From the NCBI GenBank assembly GCA_031414955.1, contig JANOQV010000128.1, positions 1 through 16,546 on the forward strand: a DNA stretch of 16,546 bases, given 5' to 3'. Source of the DNA: Pedosphaera sp. GTDB taxonomy: Bacteria; Verrucomicrobiota; Verrucomicrobiia; Limisphaerales; SIBH01. Positions 1-7,500 of the stretch are shown here, one piece after another. The notes under the pieces were generated by a model. The model made no database searches and was not told the DNA's origin. It saw nothing but the letters and a program-made list of their open reading frames with translations. The translations under genes and the position numbers were made by a program. Numbering within the stretch: position 1 is the stretch's first letter; every line of letters begins with the position of its first letter.

Positions 1-27
1 ACCTTCAACGCTCAACCATTTTGACTT

Positions 28-489
28 ATGCCCTTCGATCCAACCAAACCCTCGAACCAATCGCCGAACTCCTCGGCCGAGATGCGTGACCAACTCAACG
101 CCCTCCAGGCGCTCATCGATGCGGTGTATCCGATCGGGTGCCTGAGCGGGTACTTGAAGAGCCTGCCCAATGTGCCCGCGCTGCCCGGCACCTGGGTCGA
201 GTGCAACGGCCAAGCCATCAACGATCCGGCGTCGCCGCTGAATGGATTGAACGCGCCGGACCTGAACGGCGCGCAAGGGGGCGTGCCGGTCTTCCTGCGC
301 GGCGCGAACGCCAGCGGCGGCACGGGCGGGAACGAGATTCATTCGCATGGGTTGCCGTTGGTGGTGAACGGTGGCAGCGCGGTGGCCGGCGCGGACATCA
401 CAGTCTTCCCGCCGGGGAATTACACCAGCGATCCGGCGTCGAGTTTCCCGCCCTATTACGAAGTGGTCTGGGTGCTGCGGGTGAAGTGA
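28..489 (+). CDS. Phage tail-collar-domain-like protein (short tail-fibre/Mdp-like), 153 aa, stand-alone
   Basis: The translation has the collar-type pattern YPIG...LPGTWVECNGQAI...PDL...FLRG...GGTGG..HSH and ends PPYYEVVWVLRVK, like tail-collar/microcystin-dependent-protein-like proteins. It has an extra N-terminal segment, MPFDPTKPSNQSPNSSAEMRDQLNALQALID. Confidence 0.7.
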   Translation: MPFDPTKPSNQSPNSSAEMRDQLNALQALIDAVYPIGCLSGYLKSLPNVPALPGTWVECNGQAINDPASPLNGLNAPDLNGAQGGVPVFLRGANASGGTGGNEIHSHGLPLVVNGGSAVAGADITVFPPGNYTSDPASSFPPYYEVVWVLRVK

Positions 490-506
490 ACAGAAGCTGA
501 TGCGAC

Positions 507-604
507 TTGGAGCGCGGACCGCCGACTCCGCGTGTGGAGGTGCCGCCCAACTGGTCGGATTTTCCTGGTCATAAGATCGCGCGGACCAGGTCGTCCGCGA
601 TCAA
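507..604. repeat. GGAG-footed REP-like double-hairpin element between convergent genes
   Basis: GGAG(509-512) is followed by the hairpin CGCGGA-ccgccgac-TCCGCG. A second hairpin, CGCGGAC-caggtc-GTCCGCG, lies at ~580-599. The outer ends TTGGAGCGCGGAC / GTCCGCGATCAA are imperfect inverted copies. Confidence 0.6.
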
Positions 605-1296
605 GGAGCCTTGGGCAGGGCCAGTTCCTCGGGCAGAATCACCACTTCGATGCGGCGGTTTTTCGCGCGTCCTTCCGCCGTTGAGTTTGGCGCGATGGGA
701 TGGAACTCGCCGTAACCCACCGCACCGAGCCGCTGCGGATCGAAGCCGGCGCGCTCTTGCAGGAAGCGCACGGCGGCGGTGGCCCGCGCGGTCGAGAGTT
801 CCCAGTTGCTGGCGAACTTGCGGCGGATGGGCACGTCGTCGGTGTGGCCGATGACGTGGACCTGGCGGTTGGTGTGCTGACCGAGCACGCCGGCGATCTT
901 CTCCATGATTTGTTGTCCCTCGGCTTTCAAGTCCGCCTCGCCGGAGTCAAAAAGGATGCGGTCGAGAATGTTGACCGTGAGCTTGCCGCGCAGTTCCGAG
1001 ATGGTGACTTCCTTGGATTCGAGGGCGCGGCGCATTTCATCTTCAAGGCTGTGCTGGGTCTTGGTGGCGGCTTCCTTTTCCTCGGCGAGTTCGCGGACGC
1101 GCGCCTCGGCCTCGTTCAGTTTGTTGCGGAGCGTGTCGAGTTCGGCGGCCTGCTTTTCGGTCGTGGACTTGGCTTCGGCGAGCGCCGCCTGAAGGTTGGA
1201 GTTCGCCGCGTGGTTCCGACTGACGGAGGCGAGAATCAGGACGAGCAACAGCACGGCGGAGAGCGCGCCGGCGATGATCCAAGTCTGCTTTGGCAT
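601..1296 (-). CDS. OmpA/MotB-family peptidoglycan-binding membrane protein (N-terminal TM helix, coiled coil, OmpA-like C domain), 231 aa
   Basis: Start re-assigned to the ATG at 1296 (MPKQTWIIAGALSAVLLLVLILA, a TM helix). An E/K/A-rich coiled coil follows, then MotB-type motifs ILFDSGEA, GHTDDVP, SNWELSTARA, GYGEFHP and NRRIE. No motA is adjacent. Confidence 0.9.
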   Translation of the reverse strand: MPKQTWIIAGALSAVLLLVLILASVSRNHAANSNLQAALAEAKSTTEKQAAELDTLRNKLNEAEARVRELAEEKEAATKTQHSLEDEMRRALESKEVTISELRGKLTVNILDRILFDSGEADLKAEGQQIMEKIAGVLGQHTNRQVHVIGHTDDVPIRRKFASNWELSTARATAAVRFLQERAGFDPQRLGAVGYGEFHPIAPNSTAEGRAKNRRIEVVILPEELALPKAP

Positions 1297-1302
1297 GGTG
1301 GG

Positions 1303-1330
1303 AGGATAGCGAAGAGCGGCCGCTCGGCAA
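1303..1330 (-). promoter_or_regulatory. Putative sigma70 promoter giving a leaderless or near-leaderless mRNA for the OmpA/MotB gene
   Basis: The minus strand reads TTGCCG-N16-TATCCT-N6-ATG(1296), with no Shine-Dalgarno site. Confidence 0.5.
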
Positions 1331-1351
1331 GGGATGGGGCCGGGACATGAT

Positions 1352-1415
1352 GGCGGAAAGATTTGGTGGCAGAAAAATGGGCCGGGGCATTTTTCTGCCA
1401 GCAAATCTTTCTGCC
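1352..1415. repeat. 28-bp-arm inverted repeat (GGCAGAAA[A/G]AT family), MITE/REP-like
   Basis: GGCGGAAAGATTTGGTGGCAGAAAAATG (1352-1379), an 8-nt loop, then CATTTTTCTGCCAGCAAATCTTTCTGCC (1388-1415). Of 28 positions, 26 are Watson-Crick pairs, one is G.T and one is a mismatch. Each arm has two copies of GGC[A/G]GAAA[A/G]AT. Confidence 0.85.
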
Positions 1416-1526
1416 CTGACTCGAAAGTCTTTGCGCACCTGGAAACTTCACTCTCTGCCTCAATGGTCTGCGACTGGATACCGGCTTGCGGTTCGACCGC
1501 GTTTGGGGCAACTATTGGCACACTTG

Positions 1527-4500
1527 ATGAAACTCAAACGACTCCTCGGCGGGCTGGGCCTGGCCCTTGTTCTGGTTGCGATCACCACTTTGCTGCTGCG
1601 GAAGGAGCGGTCGGCCACGCCACCACCGCCCTCGGCCGGGACTGCGGCGGCGGAAATTCAGCCTGAGCGCGCCGCTGGCGTGTCCCAGACTCTCGCCTTT
1701 ACGAATCCAGTCCGGGTCGCCGCTTCCCCAACGCTGGTCCGCCGGGCCGAAACCGCCGTCGCGGCTTCCGAGCCGGTCGTCGTGCTGCCGCCGGACCCGG
1801 TGCGCGAGCGGAGCTTTGCGGACTTCCGCGACTGGATGAGCCGTTACCAGCCGGCCGACGCCACGAGCCGGACGGCGCTGGAGGAGGAAGGCAAAGTTCT
1901 GGCCCAGGCGCGGCTTGCCGCGTTCGCTGATTTGATCGAGACCGACCCGAAGCGGGCCTTGCAACTGGCCTTGCCGGTGTCGGCGCGCGGCGGGCTGCCG
2001 GCATCCGTGCTGGAGTTACTGGAGCAGCCCGTGAACGCGCGCGGGGACTTGGCGGTGCTCGCCACGCTGCCGATGGCGGGCGGGCGGAGTGAATTGCCGC
2101 CGGTCTTTCGCACGGCGACGATTGCCGGCGAGACGCACGAAACTTTCACGTTCGGCCAGGGCGAGGGCTACGTGACCAAGCCGGGTGTGCCCATGAACGG
2201 TTATTCCGTGGCCAGCAGCGCGGCCCCGAAGCGGACGAAGAATCCGCTGGTCCGCGCCCAGCGCAGGCTTCTGTTGAACCCCAATCCCGTGCGCGTGCTT
2301 GACCAATCCGAACTCGCGCCGTTGGTGGCGACCAAGGGCGCGGACGTGCTCTGCTCGGTGTCGGGCAATTCCTGGTCCGCGACGCGCGAGGAAAGCGCGG
2401 CGGAACTCGCTGGTCAGACTTTCACCTTCTGTGGCGCTTCGCATTTGCGGCAATGGGCCGAGGGCGCGGTGGCCGCCGCGGGATTGGAAACGCCCGGCGG
2501 AGCCGCGGGGGATTTGCCCATCGCGCAGTCCAGCTACACGGAGGGCCGCAAGCGGATGTTGCTCTTGCGTCCATACTGGTCGGATCACGCGGTGGCCATG
2601 ACCACGAACTCGGCGCTCACCCATTGGGTTAATTTCAGCAACTACATGTGGCAGATGTCGTATGGCAAGCTGGCCTTCGCCCCGCTCGGGCATGGCTCCT
2701 CCATCTCGCCCGATCTGCTCATTCCCGGCAGCGTGAATGATTACACGGCGGGTTTGAGCGGCGGGGCGGGCTCGGCCTGGCAGGCGGTGCGCGACGTGGC
2801 CTCGACGAACTACGGCTACGTGCTCGGCAATTACGATTTCATTTATTACGTCACGGACAACCTGCCCTCGGCCGGTTATTGCGGACTCGGTTTCGTCGGT
2901 GGCGTGGGCTTTCACCTCGCGAACAATTGCTTCGATGCCGCCGTCTCGAGCCACGAGTACGGCCACAACCTCGGCCTGAACCATGCGAACTTCTGGGACA
3001 CGGCCCTGGCCAGCATCGTCGGTCCCGGAGCGAACAACGAATACGGGGACAGCAACGACCCGATGGGCGGGGGCGGGAACCCGAACCAGTTCAACTCGCG
3101 CTACAAGAATGCCCTCGGGTGGATCACGAACTCCGACATCGCGACCATCTCCGCCACCAGTAGCAACCGCTACCGCCTTTACGCCTTCGACCTCGACTAC
3201 GGCGTGGGCCTGCGCGGACTCAAGTTCGTTTACAGCGGCTCCAAGAATTACTGGATTAACTTCCGCCAGCGCAAGACCTCACCCACCCTCACCAACGGCG
3301 TGCAACTGATGTGGACCGGCAATGGTAACCAGAGCAGCCATGTGCTCGACGTCCGGCTCAAGGGCAGTTCCAGCGACAACGCCGTGGTCATCGGGCGCAC
3401 TTACAGCGACACGGCCCTGAACTTCCATTTCACGCCCATCGGCAAGGGCAACACGTATCCCGAATCCATGGACGTGGTGGTGGTCAGCGGAGCGCAGCCG
3501 GGGAATCTGCCGCCTTATGCGACGCTCTCGGCCAGTTCGCTCACGCCGAACCCCGGTCAGGCCGTCACCTTCACTGCCACGGCCAGCGATCCGAATGGTG
3601 ACACGCTGGCTTACTATTGGGAATTCGGCGATGGCGCGAACAGCTACTCAGCCGACAATCAGCCCGTCCAGTCGCACAGTTTCGCCAGCGCCGGCGAGTA
3701 CGCCGTGCGCTGCGTGGTGAGCGACCTGCGTGGCGGCACGGCGCAGCACACGCTCATCGTGCGCGTGGGCAATCCTTCGGTCTTCCGCATCAGCGGTCAT
3801 GTGGTGGATGTGCGCTCGCAGCCGATGCCCGGCTCCCTCGTCACGGCCGGCTCGAAGTCCGTGTTCGTGGATTCCGACGGCAGCTACACGGTGCCAGGAT
3901 TGGCGGCGGGCAGTTACACCGTTTCCGCGCGCGAGCCGGTGCTGGGCACGGTGGAATTCGTGCATCCGTTCTTCAACAACCCCGTGACCCTCGGGCCGAA
4001 CGCGCAGAACATTGACTTCATCGTCGGCACGGGCGCTCCGCCCGCTTCGCTCGTCCTGACGGGCGCGAATTGGAAGTATCTCGACAATGGCACCGACCAG
4101 GGCACGGCTTGGTCCGTGCCGCTGTTTGACGACAGCAGTTGGAGCAATGGCGTTTCCCAGCTTGGCTATGGCGAAGGTGACGAGTCCACCGTGATCAGGT
4201 ATGGCCCCGATGCGAACGCCAAATACATCACCTCTTACTTCCGCGCCTCCTTCAACGTCGCCGACCCCGGTCTCCTGACCAATCTTGTGCTCAACCTCCT
4301 GCGGGATGACGGCATCATCGTCTATCTCAACGGACTCGAAGTGTACCGCGACAATATGCCCGCCGGGGCGGTCAACTACCTCACGGTCGCGCCCGCCACC
4401 GCCCCGGATGACGGCCAGACCTGGCAGGTCGCCAATGTGTCGCCTTCCAATCTCGTGGCTGGCGCCAACGTCATCGCGGCGGAAGTCCATCAGGAGTCGG

Positions 4501-7500
4501 GAACGAGCAGTGACGTCACCTTTAATCTTTCGCTGGATTCCGTCTCTTCCGCCGTCGTGCAGCGCGCGACCGTGGTCTATGTCAGCAGTCCGGCGGACAA
4601 CGCGACCTTCACCAGCCCGACCAACATCACCATCACTGCCGGCGCGGCCAGCACGCCCAACGTCGTGACCAACGTGGAGATTTACGACGGGGCCGTGCTG
4701 CTCAGTTCGCAGGCCGCGCCGCCATTCATGACCGTGCTGGCCGGTCCCACCGATGGACTGCACACCCTGCGTGCCATCAGCATGGACGCCAGCGGCCTGC
4801 GTCGCACGTCCGGCCCGGTCAACATCACGGTGGGCGCGCCGATCACGCCGCCCGTGGCGCTGTCGTTCATTTCAACCGGCACGGTCTGGCGCTACTACGC
4901 GAGCAACGCCGCTCCGGCGGGTGCGTGGACAGTTCCATCGTTCAATGATGGCGGATGGCCGGCGGGCAATGCGGAGTTTGGCTACGGAGAGGCCGACGAA
5001 GCGACGATCATTCCGTATGGCGGTGTGGCGGCCAACCGTTGGGTTTCCTCCTACTACCGCAAAGCGTTCGTGGTCAATGATCCGGCTTCCGTGACCAGCC
5101 TCGCGTTACAACTCAAGCGCGACGACGGCGCGGTGGTTTACCTCAATGGCAATGAAGTGGTGCGTGATGGCCTGCCAGCCGGCCCCGTCGTCTGGGGCAC
5201 GCTCGCGACCAACGCGGCGGACGACGGGCAGACGTTTATTGGATTCAACCTCGCTCCGGGACTCCTGGTTCCCGGCTCCAACACGTTGGCCGTGGAGATT
5301 CACCAGACCGCGCTCAACAGTTCGGACGTGAGCTTCGACCTTGGGCTTTCGGCTCTCGCCTCGACGAACCGGAGCCGGGGCTGCTGGCTGACTGGGCCGG
5401 CGGAAGGCTCCGTCATCCCGTTGCCGGGCAGTGCCACGCTCACGGCCGAGGTCGTGGCCGGAGGAAATCTTGGTGTGACCAACATCGCATTTTATGCGGA
5501 CGGCGCGCTCATCGGTCAGGATGCCTCGTCGCCCTTCTCCTTCGTGTGGAACAGCCCGCCCGGTGGCGCGCATGTGCTCGTGGCCGTGGCTTCGGATTCG
5601 ACCGGCGCTTCCATCACCAGCGCGCCGGTGAACATCACGGTGAGCAGTGCGCCGGTCGGCGACGCGCTCATCTCCTTCGGCGATGTCTGGAAGTATTCCG
5701 ACGAAGGCACTGACCTCGGCACCACCTGGACTGGTGGTGCGTTCAACGACAGCGGCTGGTCCGCCGGCCCGGGCCAGCTTGGCTACGGTGATGGCGACGA
5801 GGCCACCGTGGTCAGCTACGGCACGAACGCGAGCTTCAAGTACGTGACCACCTACTTCCGCAAGAAGTTCGTGATCGCCAATCCCGCTGCCTTCAGCGGA
5901 CTGCTCCTGCGCCTGGTGCGCGATGACGGCGCGGTGGTTCACCTCAATGGCGTGGAAGTGTTCCGCACCAATCTGCTGGCCGGGCCGATCAGCTACAATT
6001 CGCTCGCGCTGGCGGCCGTCGGGGCCCCCGATGAATCCACTCCGCTCAATGTGCTCTTGAGCACGGCGAGTCTGGTGGCCGGCACCAACACCATTGCCGT
6101 GGAGATGCACCAGGACAACATCACCAGCAGCGACCTCAGCTTCGATCTGGCGCTGACCGGATTGCACGCCACGAACACCAGCCAGGGCGTTTACCTGACC
6201 AGCCCGGCCAACAACACCCATTACAACCTGCCCGCCACCGTCGCGCTCTCGGCCAGTGCCGCGAGCAGCGCCGGAGCCGTGACCCTGGTCGAGTATTACG
6301 CCGGAGCGGTGGAGGTCGGGGAATCTGCGGTGACTCCGTACGCCGCCAACTGGGCCGGCGTGCCGGCGGGGTTGCACACCTTGACGGCGGTAGCGACCTA
6401 CGGAGCCGGACTGAAAATGACCAGTCCGCCGGTTACGGTGGTAGTCGGGCCGGTGCCGTCGCCCATCGTGCCGGTGTACACGAACTTCTTCGGGTTCGGC
6501 TCGTCGTGGCTGTACTGGGACAGCGCGACTGCGGTGGGCAGCGGCTGGGCGAATCTTGGGTTCGACGACAGCGCCTGGCCCGGCGGCAACGGACGGTTCG
6601 GCTGGGGCCTCGACGGCGAGGCTACGCTGCTGACGCCGCGCACCACCCACTACTTCCGCAAATTGTTCGTGATCACCAATGGCGGCGCACTGGACTCGAT
6701 CACCTTCAACCTCGTGCGCGACGACGGCGCCATCGTTTACCTCAACGGCTTGGAGGTCTTCCGCACCAATATGCCGGCCGGGCCGGTGGATGGGAACACG
6801 CTGGCCTCCACGACCATCAACACGCCCGATGAAACCGTGCCGGTGGAATACACGCTCGCGATGAGCGGCGGAGCATTGCGCCACGGAATGAACATGGTGG
6901 CCGTGGAACTGCATCAGTCGAGCGCGGCCAGTTCCGACGGCGGCTTCGATCTCTCGCTCTATGGCCAGGGCACGACCGAGGCGCGCGTTTATGTGGCCTC
7001 GCCCGCCGCCGGATCAGCGAAGGCCCAAGGCCAGCCCATCGAGGTCGAGGCCCAGGCCCAGGCCGCGGTCGGCCGTTCGATCACCAACGTCGAGTTCCTG
7101 GTCGATGGCGGAAAAATTGGCGAAGCCAGCGCGCCGCCCTACCGGATGAACTGGCTGGGCGCTTCCGTCGGTCCGCACTCGGTCGCGGCCCGCGCGGCGG
7201 ACAATCTCGGCGGCAGCATGACCTCCGCGCCCGTCCAGTTCACCGTGGGCTACGAAACCGTGTCGCTCGTGCTGATCCCGAGCAACTCCGTCTGGCGGTT
7301 CCTCGACAACGGATCCAACCAGGGCACGAACTGGTCGCAGACCAATTTCGACGACGCGGCCTGGGCTTCCGGCCCGGCCCGGCTGGGCTATGGCGGCGAC
7401 GGCGAGGAAACGACTGTGAGTTACGGTCCCAATGCCTCGTTGAAATACATCACCACTTATTTTCGCCACGCCTTCGTGGTGCCGTCGAACACGTTCATCA

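Noticed and set aside
1290..1526. ORF-track N-terminal extensions of the peptidase (from 1290) and of the OmpA/MotB gene (to 1521)
   Set aside because: The extensions overlap each other, run through the inverted repeat and precede clear signal/TM segments. Starts at 1527 and 1296 fit better.
1516..1530. TGGCAC-N5-ATGA resembling a sigma54 -24/-12 promoter
   Set aside because: The -12 element lacks the conserved GC (ATGA rather than TTGC) and overlaps the start codon.
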